Assembly (NCBI RefSeq): GCF_963676685.1
Contig: NC_092350.1
Coordinates: 82,522,001 to 82,586,000, forward strand
Origin: Mytilus edulis
Lineage: Eukaryota
Direction of reading: 5' to 3'
DNA length: 64,000 nt
Position numbers and translations under genes: made by a program. Shown one piece after another: positions 51,269 through 64,000 of the stretch. Positions within the stretch are counted from its first letter, which is position 1, and every line of letters starts with the position of its first letter. The notes below the pieces were generated by a model. That model saw only the letters and a list, made by a program, of their open reading frames with translations. It was not told where the DNA came from and searched no databases.

Positions 51269-53278
51269 GTTAACATTAGTCATAACGTAACACGGTGGGA
51301 GAACGTTCCATAATATCAAATCTGTTCAGTTGGGTTCGAGTTAAAATATTTGGAAGGCAGATCACGGACGTAAGTTAAAAAGCAAAAGAATAAAATATGC
51401 TAGATCTTGTTAGGCAAGTCATGTCTGACGATTGCTACATTCTATTAAATGAAGTTAATCGATAAATTGCCGTATCGATGCTATTCTGTTTCAGCGTATG
51501 CACCAGGATTACAAGGCACCGTTTGGATGATATGTCGGTTGTGAGAGTCTTTACATCCCTACTGTTGAATGAATATTCAGAAGAACTAAACTATGTTGGT
51601 CTACAATTCAATGTTATTTATTGTTTGCATTAAAAATGTTGACATGCATTTTTAAACGATGTATATATCATGTATATTGCCTTAGTTTATAGCAAAAGTT
51701 TATGGTTTTGGTAGTTTTCTTTGTATTCGCGGTTTATTTATTGTTCTTTCACAGCAATTTCTTTTTATTTTTAATGTTTAAGCATCATAAACAAAATTCA
51801 AGAATACCTCTAATATTACATGCCTGTGTCCATTACGTTTTAATATATTGCATTTCATAACAATTACTTTGCGATGCTTCCGTTACAATTACAATAACTA
51901 TTACATTTGTCACACGTAATTCATAACAGTACAATTACTGTGCATGTGTAGTGCATTACTTTACACACTACTTTTTTTTTTCTATATAAAAACTAAAAAA
52001 ACATTCTTTAAGAGGTTTTTTAAAAGAAATTGACCGGGATATATAAGAAATAAATAAATTAAGATACAATTTTTTTTCTAACATTGATCACTTAATTATT
52101 AAGCATCATACAGGGATTGCAAAGGGATATAATAGATGTGTCATTAAAGGATTATCTTGTTAAATACCTAAGGGCTCTGTGAGGATAAACATATATTTAG
52201 AAGATTTGATTGCAATAAAAACACTCTGATGATAATAAGGCGAAACAACCACACACACAGGACCGAAACCGCAGTTTGGTGTAAAAACGTTGACTTACCT
52301 ATTCCTTATATCATTGAAATACATGTAAGATCTGTATAGAATTATGAAAATTTCATATTAAAAATGTTCTTTTCATTTATATAGTTATGTTTAATAATAG
52401 TTTTAGAAGAATGATTTTCGTGGACCACTAAACACCAAAATATTCCCAATATCAGAAACCAAGATCTCGACTCGAAAATTTTCAACATTCCCACTCCCTT
52501 TTTGCCAATTGAAGAAGTTTTATATTCGTTACCTTAAAGGGGTGCATTTAGGTTTGATGCAATTAGAAATAAAATTCATAATAAAAACAGCACTCATTTT
52601 TTTTTCATTTACTAGCTTAAATTAATTAACAGTGACAATAATTCTGTTCAATACTTTTTTTTTTTAATAATCTTTTATTTTAATCTTACTATATTACTCA
52701 ATTGATTTATTTGACCAATTTGTAATAAAATGTAATGTACAGTAATGGAAGCATTACATTGATTAAAGTATCAATTACATGTAATTGTAATGCAGTAAAT
52801 GTGAATAAGAAACTACTTGCCCTTGCATTAAATAAAAAAGTGTAATGTTCATTATATTACAATTAAAAATAACCCCAGGCCTGCCTCTTTACCATTTACA
52901 GGGAAAAATATCATTGACAATTGCACAATTCAATTAACAAAATCCATCATGCTTAAAACATACTTCCTTGACGGTGATCTGTGCACCATTACCAAAAAAA
53001 ATTATAATAACTGCTTAAAATCCTAAAATGATACTATTTGAGAGCTGCTTATATGACAGAGCAGATCTAGATAATATACTTACAATGTGTGTTGCAACAA
53101 TATATATCTAAAAGTCACACGGAATGGAGCACATCCATTAAAAAAAAACAAAAAAAAAACCAGATGTCTAGCCTTAATATAAAAAATAACATGTATCAAA
53201 CATCTTATGCATAGCCCTATTGCTTTCTGTGTACAATTCGACAGTTTAAGCTGTTTTGCCTATTTGTTCTGAAGTTAA

Positions 53279-53668
53279 GGATGTTCGCTACTCTGTTTAA
53301 AAATAACAAGCTTTTTAAAAGACTGTTATAAATTGAAAGTATATAAATAAAGAAACTAAAAAAGCAGAAAAAAATGGAGGGTCCGTGTGCTTGTTTTTGA
53401 GATATAAGCCGTTGAAAATTTTGGGGGAAATAATTATCTCTAGATTTTTCTTTCACTTAACATTGACACCTTTTTTGTTTAAAAAACTATGACAAAATTA
53501 CAACGATTTTATAAGATTTTGAAATATGGCTTTTTAAATGATGTGTGATAAAAATATGAAAAGAAAAGTAGGAGTAAGTGGGCAAATTGTTTTAATGTTA
53601 ATACATGGATAAAACCAGAGGATTCTGAAAATCTCACAAAAATTCAAAAAGTAGAGGAGCAAACATCC
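53279..53668. mobile_element. TTAA-target MITE (Kolobok-like)
   Basis: TTAA TSD at 53275-53278 and 53669-53672. TIRs GGATGTTCGCT / AGCAAACATCC start with RR, as in Kolobok elements. Confidence 0.75.
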
Positions 53669-56439
53669 TTAAAATAAAGTGGCAGTCATTTTATGTTGAA
53701 ACTTTACCTGTGTTGTACTTAAAAAAGATCTAATACCTTTTATAGCATGCCATACTTGATGTTAGATAGCACAGTTTCCCATAAGTTTGGTAGACAAACA
53801 GGTACGTCTAATCTGAGTTCCACATGTATGATTTGTATCAATTAAGTGAAATCTTTAACACCTGCACAGTGATATCAAAATTAACCACTTAGTTTACTTC
53901 TTGACATAGTTGCATGTATTTGTAGGAACTATTTTGTTTAAAATATGTACTACTTTCGTGTTTGTACGTTCGAAGTATTAGTTTTGTTATACAAGTTATC
54001 ATATGCCCATTCGTCAGTCTGTTTTGGATAGCTATTGAATTGATTAAGGGGATTCTGATCGATACTATATGATGACTTGGAGATGTTCTTTCAAAGGTTT
54101 GTCTTTTCAAAATATACGCAATGGGTATTTAAATGCACAAGTCCATATTGATTGCGCCATATCTGGAAAAGAAAAAAGTCAATAGAAAATCAATGGTACT
54201 GAAAACACAACAAAGAAAACTAAGGCCTTGGAAACAACTGCTACACAAACACAACTAAAACCTGGATGGTCTCAGGTACTCCAGGAAATAAACCAGATTT
54301 CTCGTGTTGCTCATATTAGTACAAATCCGGTAATAAGTCTAATTCGGAAGGTCACACATGTGAGAGAAAAGAGACTGAACTGTAGTTACGATATATGTAA
54401 CAAACTATGATTTGAAATTAAAAATTTGACCCTCTAGAAATAAAAAAAGCTAATGAACAAATGAATTGATATGACTTATATATCTACATGTATGTTATAC
54501 AATCACTATAATAGATATGAATTATACGAGCAAAAACCTTTCGACGACGTGAAATGACAATTCCTTTCACTTAAAAGCATTTTTATCAACATGAATTATG
54601 CATAAATATCAATGCATTGTGTTTTCTAACTTCAACTATGTTTGTTATGTTTCGTGGCCGTTTACACATTACACTTAATACTAATTCATTATTCATGTTC
54701 TTCACCACACCAGAGAGCATCAATCAATTTAAGAAGTATGTCTTGCCTTCTATACTTTCTTAAGAATATTCACTTTATTATAATTATTCTGCAAATAACC
54801 TACGTACCCAAGACGATATTTCCTTATTTTTGTACGACACACCATTAATAAAATCAGAAGTTGACAAAACATTTGCTACAGATACTGTTGTCTGCAATAA
54901 AGTGATCAATTCATCTTTTTTAAACGAAACGGAGGAATTTGACAATAATAAGAACGTTTCAGTGAAGATTCGCACCAACGCCATGTCATAATGAATACTT
55001 ATTAGGGTACATTATTTTGTAAAAATATAGGACTAATAGAAGGGGTTTCGTATACACAATGTACATATAAACTAACGAAAATGAGAAAAATGCAAAAACT
55101 TGGAAATATCGTAGACACACCTTGAGTTATATACTATACATTCTAATTGGATTTTTTTTTACGCTGAGTTGGTACATATCTTACGTTTATATAAAACAGA
55201 AACAAAATAGTACACCTTACTCAATGTTCAATAAGACTCAAAGAATGATAAAAACATGACATAGAAAAACATTTTACATAATATATGTTAAAAATTTGTT
55301 AACCAAACTTACCAATAATCAGACACGCAGAAACGAAAGACGTTTTTTTCATATAGAGCATGGATTGAAGGTCTTCACTTAAGTAATGTATTGACAAAGA
55401 CTAATGATCAATCTGTGTTTTGTTTTGAAAATCATCAAAATAGAGATACCTTATATTCAAATGTTCGTAAACAATACGGCTGAAATATTAAAAGCATGTC
55501 AATATTTATTGAGTTTTATATTTGTATTAGAACTTAATGGTTGAGTATGTTTAATTGCGTTTTCAGTATATCATATCACTAGGGAGAAGACATGTATTAT
55601 TTACACAATAACAAAACGAAATTATTACGTCCACGTACAAAGCTGTTCAATTAGATCAGGAATAAACTACATCACAACAATCTTAATCAAATATTAACAA
55701 AAACAAAAACATGAAAGGTGACACAACATTGGCAAAAAAAAATTCCAACAACATAATTTCATTTTGATTGTAGTTGACCGTGTTATTTTTTTTTCAAATC
55801 TTGTCAAAAATAGAACAAAGAAAAAAAATCGTTGGTAACGATTGATACTGAAAGTAGTAATACATGTATGTTATATTTCTACAAAATGACAGACGATTTA
55901 GCTTTAATATTTCGGATAATCAAGCGCCTTTTCTTACCTGTTTTAATGTTTATATTGTCTATTTTTGGAATTTTGGTATCAGTTATTTGTATTTTACAAT
56001 TTGCAAAACAAAGATAATAGAACACGAAAAAAAACACCTTCTTGAATGTAACTGCAAACAATTACATATTAAATGAATAGTATAATAGTACATACAAGAC
56101 ATAACACTATAGTAATGAGACCTTTACATCGCAAGTATTTTTCAATGAATAGTTAGAGTAGCTGTTCATTATTTTTCAGCGTTATTCGTTGTTTCAAAGA
56201 CGTATGCTATGACATATTTAAAGTACATCTAAAAGTTTAACGTATCAATCGTTAATACGTTCCCATTAATGGTTGATTATGCTTCATTGCGCGTACGGGA
56301 TTTGAGATCCCTATGGACAAGTTATGTATTATTTACACACGACGGTTGCCACATGTGGAGCAGGATTCGTGTTAATGTTGTACCCCTATTTGTGTCATTT
56401 TGGTCACGCATCGATGTCAATACAATCGAATTTGATGCG

Positions 56440-56541
56440 ACTGTCGTACAAGTGAGAGGTTTAACGCTATAAACCCAGGTTCAATCTTCTATTTTCTATT
56501 TTTGAAAAAAAAAAACATGTACCAAAGTCAGGAATATGACC
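56440..56541 (+). ncRNA. Degenerate type-P5 twister copy (family A)
   Basis: ACTGTCGTACAAGTGAGAGGTTTAACGCTATAAACCCAGGTTCAATC...TGTACCAAAGTCAGGAATATGAC. P2 and P4 are damaged. Confidence 0.55.
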
Positions 56542-59385
56542 ATTTTATTCAATTCGTTTAATGTGTTTCGACATTTGATTTTGCCATTTGATTTCCATTT
56601 TGAATTTTTCTCGAAGTTCAATATTTTTGTGATTTTCCTTTTTTGTAGTACTCATAGTTTTATGGTCCTCCATTATGATTATCAAGTTCACCTTTTTATG
56701 TATGTATTTATTATTTTGTGTATGCATTTTGAATATGTAAAACATATATACTAGTATTTAGTCAAAACGATACTTGTCCAACCTAAATAAAGACAACAGT
56801 AGTATACCGCTGTTCAAAACTCGTAAATCTATGGACAAAAAGCAAAATGTGGGTAACAAACTAAAACTGAGAGAAACGCATTAAATATAAGAGGAGAACA
56901 ACGACACAACATTAAAATGTAACATACATAGAAACGGACTAAACATTAGACAAAATCCGACGAAAATAACAAATATAACATCAAAACCAAATACATGAAT
57001 TTGGGATAGAAAGGTACTGTAACCTAACCCATATTAAACACACAATAACGTATGTATTCTTGCTTCATTAAAATTAAATAGTTTTTTGTCATTGAAATAC
57101 ACTTCAGAGTAATGTATTATACCCCTATGCTATCATTTGAGCGAACTTTATAACCTTCTTGATATGATATAAACTCGTTCACCTCGTTCACCTTATCCAA
57201 TGCTTAATTTCCAAGAGAATTCACAAAATAATGTTCTATTTATTAAAGATAAGCTTTAATTATGTTGCCGATATTTTTTCTCAAGATATAATTCCCACTA
57301 ATAAGCTAACCTTTAGATTTTAAAGCTGATAAACCATATAATATCAGTTTTATTACAAAAAGGTATGCTTTTACAAAATCGTGATCAAGAAGACAAACAT
57401 TGATTTAACATCGCAGAACATTATTGAAATAATAACATAAATGTGTAAAGGTCGTTTTCTTCAATATTGCACAATAATGAATATTGTCATTGCTTGTTCA
57501 CCGATATTTTTGCTATACAGTGTAAGATTTTTGTATTCCTCGTTTTTTAACAAATATATAAATGATATTTTGATAACAACTGGATTAAAATAATTACATT
57601 AGATATTTCATATCTACTTATTTTACAAAATCCAATATAAAGGAAAATTTTGTCATTTGAATTCGGCCTGAATGAATTTTGGATGTTTGTTTTATTGAAA
57701 AAAATGTACACGTTCTTGCATTAGGCATGACTATCAATTCAAAAATTATTGCATGCATGGAAACAGATATCTAACTATATTCAGTCAACTCGCAGTTGCA
57801 TCCGATAACACGTTACAATCAAGAATCAATAAAAACAGACCGCATTATAATAAATCGGAAACATACTAACAAAATCACAAACGATTAAAAAAAAAACACT
57901 GCAGAAAAATGAAAAACATAAGCAACACAAACCCCACCATTTAACATTGTTTAAGCTAAATTGAGATGTTTCCAAGAGGTCAAATTAAAAAAATGCGAGT
58001 AGATTATATCTGAGGATACTACACATATTTTTTTAATCAACTCGTTCAATCGTACATCGTTTAAACAACGTAGGTTTGTTATGAAAAGAGATAGCTGTTG
58101 GCCTTTAATATTTCCTTTCAAATAAATCCTTGATGACGTCTGAGCTAAATGCATTTATTATAATGTTGAATGTATTCCTCTGCATCCGTAAATCATTTTG
58201 TAACGTCCTGTACAAGAGGATAAACGATTGTGCAATAACCATTCTTATATATATATATGTGTTGTTGTAAATACGACAATCATTGTTTTATTATAGGAAA
58301 TGATTTTGTCATAATTAGCCGAAATTTTCATTTATCGATTTCCTCCAAACTGATATATGTTAGTCTGAATGTAAACGTCTAAGCAATTATGAAAGACTAA
58401 ATAAAAATCATAGCACCAATGCACAGAGATAATGTGTTATGTTATTTTGTATTATCACAGTCTTCTTTTAGGGTATTATACGAGACATTAATCACTTTTA
58501 TTCAATCGAATGTCATTGAGACAGCATCCATGGATTATCACACAAACTTCGAATTTGCTAGTTGCAAATTTTCTAGACGACGTTTCTTTTTTATTATAAG
58601 AATTGTAAGAATGCAAATATTGATGTCAAAACTTGTATCTGTTTCTGATTATAGGATGACATACAGTAAATAGGACAATGCACACAAGTTAACTAGTCAC
58701 GATCTGAAAACTGCAGACGTCAGTCAAATATATAACTTGAACGGGAGAACTGATTTAAAAAAATAGTATTTGTGACGTCACCAAATACAAATGTGTCATG
58801 AATGTTTTTCATCTAAATGTCTTGATTCTAACCATTTCCATACATAATATGCAAGTTCGGAATAATTGTCAAACATTTGATTAATTTGCTCTGGCCAAGA
58901 CTGGACCTTAAAGCCTCTACTTTGTTGTAAATCAATACATGTTGAAATATAACAGCTTGGATAGCCTCTTTTATTAATGAATGATCGTAATTTTTCGTCG
59001 CACTGAATATGAAACACATTGGTATTGTATGAATTATTTTCCGACAATGCAGTGGCATCAGCTGTACAATTATATATATGGTGTATGTGTCAACAATTTA
59101 CTAGTTTGTTTTCTTTTTTTATTTGGTCTATTAACTCTTTTACGCCGACTGAACAATTGAAATAATTCCTTGGTATATGCTGTTTTTTTTTTTTCATTTT
59201 TGTGGTCGTGTTATTCTCTTGTGAATATTCTATCCACTTCATTTTAAAAGACCATGCATTTATGGATGAGAAGACAAACATAATGATTAAAACAAGATAT
59301 TCAAGTGGTTGGACAAGGTCGTGATTTACTACTCTGCGGAAGTTAACTGTTTTCTATCTTAACGAATAATAAGAACCAACAGACA

Positions 59386-59969
59386 AAAGGAGTAGGTTCA
59401 GTAAGACCCCTTTTTGGCCCAAAAATATAGCAGTTTTACAAAACTGTTAAAATGTAAACCTTTAGTTATTTATTGGACAGTAGAATGCTTCTGCTACATA
59501 AATATGGGGTGTTTTTGACAATACAATGCACATATAACCGGTACTAGCACCATTAAGTCTTGCTAAATTACTGAAATCTTCATAATTCTAGCATTTTAGT
59601 TAAATTTTAGACGGTTTTCGTGTAAAACGAAAGTGGCCGCATTCGTGTTCATCCTTAATATTTAAATGTAAGTTGTATTTTATGATAATACATAACATAT
59701 ATAAAGGTTGAGGATGAACACGGATGCGGCCACTTTCATTTTCACCAAAAACCATCTGAAAAGTGACATTTTTCGGCATATTAGGTAGATTTTTCATTTT
59801 TGAGCTTGAATCGAATCGTTTTTAATGACTAAATCTGTTAAAATCTTTCACATAAACTAATTAATTCAAATAAAATAGACACTTAAGTGTTTAAAAAGTG
59901 ATCAAAATCTTTCGTCAGATGAACCTGAAATTTTAGGCCAAAATCGGTCCTTACCGGACCTACTCCTTT
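59386..59969. mobile_element. MITE with TIRs and a central hairpin
   Basis: TIRs AAAGGAGTAGGTTCAGTAAG / CTTACCGGACCTACTCCTTT. Internal inverted arms at 59629-59656 and 59710-59737. Absent from the paralogous site at ~5985. Confidence 0.85.
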
Positions 59970-60529
59970 GACCATGAAATGACCGGTAATAATGTATTAT
60001 CATAATGACGATCGTCAGGATTTTGAGTACATAAGCAAGTGAGATATTTCTGCTGAGCAGGGACATTTTAAATTAGTTTGATGAGTGTTATGATGCATAA
60101 ACGAGAGATGATGTGGCTACTATAATGTGAAAAAGAGAAAATGTATCTTCATAGAATATAAACATCCTGTTACATGTATTGAGTCAAATCCTCTTATTTA
60201 ATATCAGGTAGTTTTTTTTTTCTCCTTGCAAAATCTTCATTGATGAAAAGTTTTAAATAAAAATAAAATGATATAAGAAAATGCTTGCTAGTATTGTGTC
60301 GTTTTTCCATCATAAGGCAATACTATTAACGGTTTTGATTAAAGTTATTAATTGTGTTGTCCTCTTCTTATATTTTGATTTTTTTCCCTTATTAGTTCTC
60401 CTCGGAATTTCCCTTCCACTGAAGATGAAATTTGAAATTACATGAATTTCTGAATAAGAAGACAAACATTATAGCTTGCTGTTCGGTATGGCACTATGAT
60501 CCGTATTGAATCCTGAAACTTTACCTATG

Positions 60530-60740
60530 CTGTGTATTCATTTATTTTCGTGGGTACCAATTTTCGTGGATTAAGAAATACTTAATGCATGTTCGTTGGT
60601 ATTTAATTTCGTTGTTTTGCTGAAATCTGCTTACAAGCCTATAGAACATTGTCTATTCGTTCAACATTCAATTTCGTGGTTAACCTGTTCCCACCAAATC
60701 CACAAAAGATGCTATCCATCGAATAATAATAAATCCACAG
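60530..60740. mobile_element. TA-target MITE nested in a family D tail (60470-60820)
   Basis: Ends are CTGTGTATTCATT / AATAAATCCACAG. The right flank is TA and the left flank TG (probably a mutated TA). Internal TTTCGTGG repeats. Confidence 0.65.
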
Positions 60741-60962
60741 TAATGGTTTACTCTTATACATTGTGACTTGTATGGATAGTTGTCTTATTGGCACTCATAC
60801 CACATCTTCCTATATCTATATTATAATGAAAACAAGATGTAAAAGTGTGAGATCAGGTGGTTCGATAAGGCCATTGTGCATACATTAACTGTTTTGATAT
60901 CTAAAAAAATAATCAACATCATAATACAATATTTGACCAGAAAATTACCGTTAATATTGTTA

Positions 60963-61122
60963 CATGAAAATAACAATAAAAACCAAGGAGTAAACAAAGA
61001 CTCACAAAACCAAGGGACATTTACATCAACCGTTATAAATAATAAATAACAAACAACACGAACTCCACTAAAAACCAGGAATGAAATCAGGTGCTCCGGA
61101 AGGGTAAGCATTCCCTGCACCG
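60963..61122 (-). mobile_element. 3' tail of a second Naiad-type subfamily
   Basis: Shares CAGGTGCTCCGGAAGGGTAAGCA and AACAACACGAAC with 14368-14426. Absent from the paralogous site at ~6603. A partial copy lies at ~62840-62935. Confidence 0.75.
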
Positions 61123-62520
61123 TATACGACCATCAGGATTTGGAGTCTTTAACAACGTTAAATGTGTCTATTGATTTGGGTAACGTAACGTTAGGCTGAG
61201 GAATTTTGAATAATAAACTCTGTTAGTCAACCGATCAAGTGGTTATAAAAACGTGATATGCCATTTTAAAAAGAATGAGCATGAGATGAAAGTATTTTTA
61301 TAACATATCGACGGCATGTTAATATCAGATTTATCCAGATAATCTCAATAAATGTAGGGGGTGTGAACTTTGCACAATTATTGTCAAATTGAAAAAGGAT
61401 AAAAAGTGAAATAATAAAACTGACTTTGTTCTTCATATATTCTTTAGTTAGATAATCATTTGAATTTGCATATCTGGAGATTATATTGACTGAATGATCG
61501 ATTATACAAATACAAAAAAAAAAGCATTGAAATAGGTATACGTAAAAAAACAGATAAGTTTCTCAATAGTATTATATTATTGTACTAGTATATGAGTCTA
61601 TCTTTATATTAGAAACTTGAATGCAAATTTAATTGGTAATGTAATGCATTTTTTTCCTCCTAAAGAATGATTTGTTTGAATAAGCAGTATAGTTGTATAA
61701 GAACAGAAATTATTTGTCTTTTTAAAAAAAAAGTATTGTCTTGATATATAACGTTAGTATCGAAAAATTAACTCGTAAAACAGGCACTGTTGGTACGAAA
61801 GTGAAAGTCAAAACGTATTTAAAACCATTGTCCCGATGGTAATTGTAGAACTGAATCATTGGTAAGCAACGGACACGACAGAAAAAAAATACACAAGGCC
61901 TTAAAATGTAAAATGCAAAATGCTCTGCTGTTCTCTTAAAGATTGTAACTTTTTTTCGATAATTAAGCGTGTTGTACAACTGATCATAAATCAGAATAAC
62001 TAACTATTTCAATTTCAACTGACTCATATATCGTACATTTAAGTACATAGGACTTGTATTTTACAACAGATTCATCAGTGATGCTCGAATCACAAAGTTC
62101 GAAGGACCAGATAGAGACACAGTTATAAAGCATCAATAGTTTAAAAAAAAATCAGATACGTTTTGACAAAAACATCTAAATTAGTCTGTTCTTGGGTAAG
62201 ACCAGTTTTAGAATCCCGTAAAAGCCAATATTTTGGTAAATAATAACGTTATAATCACAACCATTGCAATTATCTAGCAATGAAGATCACTAAATTTTAC
62301 AACTATAGCTTACATTTTGTAGTTTGGGTTACGCCATATTTACTGTGAGGAAATGTCTTAAAAATTATCGCAATAATAGACAACAGGTGTGTCATAATTG
62401 TATTCCTTACATGAAAAAAAAAATCACAAATAATTGATACAAGAATTGATTAATATTAAAACAAGTATCGACTAAAGAAAAGAAAGCATACCAGATAAAT
62501 AAATGTTTCAAAATAGAATA

Positions 62521-62785
62521 GGGGACTCGGTGGCCGAGTGGTTTAAGTAGTTACTACTGTAGACACTAGCCAGTCAACACTGAGGTTGTGAGTTCGAACC
62601 CCATTCATGTTGGTGTCACTCGATTCCAATCTGAATTTGCTAGTATTGTCAGTTTTCCTACCGAAGTCGGTGGTTTTCTATGGAGACTCCGGTTTCCTCC
62701 ACCAATAAAAACTGGCCGCCATGAAATAGCCTAAATGCGGTTTTTAAAAGTGGCGTTAAACCACCCAAAATCAAATCAAATTAAA
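62521..62785 (+). mobile_element. tRNA-derived SINE with a V-domain-like core
   Basis: A box TGGCCGAGTGG (62531-62541), B box GTTCGAACC (62592-62600), GGTTTTCT...ACTCCGGTTTCCTCCACC core (~62669-62703) and a (CAAAT)n tail. Confidence 0.85.
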
Positions 62786-63559
62786 ATCGAAATTTTAGAT
62801 GAAACTATACTTGAATATCTTCTACCAGTTTAAAGACAATAACAATAAAAACCAAGTAAACAAAGACAGTCAAAACCAAAAGACATGTACATCAAAAGTT
62901 ATAAATAATAAATAAGAAACAACATGAACTCCACTGCAATTATCTCTAAGATAATCTAATAAGATAATGACAGGTAATGTTATAAATAAGGTAAACTGTA
63001 TTATCAAGTAAAGCTGATCTGAAATTTAACCGTCATTATATGAGTTTTTTTTTTTATGATGGTCAATTATAACTAAATTAAAACCTTATGTAATATTATT
63101 TAGGCTTTGTTTCTTTTCACTAGAAACTTTGTAATCGAACCCGGAAGTAAGGATTACCATACATAAATATAGTTATTAGATTCTTTAAGATGAGAACTAT
63201 ATCATGTATATGATTATATTACGTCAGTTTCCGAGCAAAAGTGATAGTTTAGATCATATGATTTAAGACCAGACGAAAATAATTTGACAAAATGATAAAA
63301 ATAACGAGATTAAAGACGTACATCACCATCCTACATTACGTTCCTTCTACAATGAAATCGCGCAAGTATTGACTTATTTAAGTGGAGACTGATCCTCAAG
63401 ATAGCATGTAGTATAATATTTAGATTTTTTGTTCAATTTTCGTAAACTACTCTATACATTGCTGTTAAAATCATATGAAACGAATAACCAGTGAGAATAA
63501 TAGTGATTCAATTATTGAACAAATGCATGCATTAAGTCTTAGATGCATAATTGTTTTAT

Positions 63560-63797
63560 TAGTTGTAAATGGCTTTGAATTAGCTGTCAGATAACTGCAA
63601 GTACTCTCAGATCAGTTCCTAGTGTCTTTTTGTTGTTGGGATGTACAAGTACCCGGCCATGTCCACTTGCATTTTTGTCCATCTGATGATATAAGCTTTG
63701 TTCAACTTATTTGTATAGTTCGTTCTCATGTTGTACTGTTATACCACAGTCCCAGGTTAGGAGGAGGGTTGGGATCCCGCTAACATGTTCAACCCGC
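63560..63797 (+). mobile_element. Family B element ending inside its twister (5' half only)
   Basis: CAGGTTAGGAG-GAGGG-TTGGGATCCCGCTAACATGTTC/AACCCGC, then an abrupt switch to an inverted family C copy. Confidence 0.65.
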
Positions 63798-63809
63798 AAC
63801 ACTACGACA

Positions 63810-64000
63810 CAACATAAACACAACATTTAAATGTTACACCCACAAAAACGAACTATAATATATATAGTGGCTATTTTCCTGACTTGCTTCAGGCCATTTT
63901 AGGAAAACAAAATTAGGTTGCACCTGGTTTTGAGGCATGACAAACCTACCGCTTTCATGGCAATTTTGAATATAACATTAACATGACAACATTGCATGAT
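63810..64000 (-). mobile_element. Family C element with a degenerate twister (~63867-63963)
   Basis: Minus strand: UUGCCAUGAAAGCGGUAGGUUUGUCAUGCCUCAAAACCAGG...CCUGAAGCAAGUCAGGAAAAUAGCCA. Confidence 0.65.

Larger units (their letters stand above)
55420..63530 (+). repeat. Old segmental duplication, copy 2
   Basis: Collinear with 3100-9810 and carries a different set of insertions. Confidence 0.9.

Noticed and set aside
62521-62610. Functional tRNA gene
   Set aside because: A and B boxes are present, but there is no acceptor stem and it continues into a SINE core and tail.
1-64000. CRISPR arrays, operons or other prokaryotic systems
   Set aside because: There are no regularly spaced short repeats with unique spacers and no gene-dense coding. 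The sequence is eukaryotic repeat-rich DNA, and the remaining short ORFs look like AT-rich noise.

Overview
AT-rich, repeat-dense animal DNA with no confidently identifiable host protein-coding gene. The repeat families suggest a bivalve, probably a Mytilus-like mussel; this taxon is inferred, not verified. The only recognisable protein-coding remnant is a 5'-truncated, twice-frameshifted Penelope-like reverse transcriptase with no C-terminal endonuclease (Naiad-type layout). The most interesting content is catalytic RNA. (i) There are type I hammerhead 'retrozyme' repeats of two families, including a 357-nt cleavage-to-cleavage monomer. (ii) Up to four distinct dispersed non-coding repeat families carry what folds as a circularly permuted (type-P5) twister ribozyme. 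They show compensatory changes between families, and three families have different palindromes at the same position. One element joins a dead hammerhead to an intact-looking twister. A 3'-terminal motif shared with the Naiad-type element suggests which RT mobilises one family. Also present are a tRNA-derived V-type SINE, a Helentron-associated (HINE/Pearl-like) element, a Helitron-like end, several MITEs and foldback elements. An 11.5-kb near-identical duplication across a 100-N gap (12526-24064 vs 24165-35705) is probably an assembly artefact. An old, diverged duplication (about 3.1-9.8 kb vs 55.4-63.5 kb) provides empty-site controls for several insertions. All alignments and folds were done by eye.
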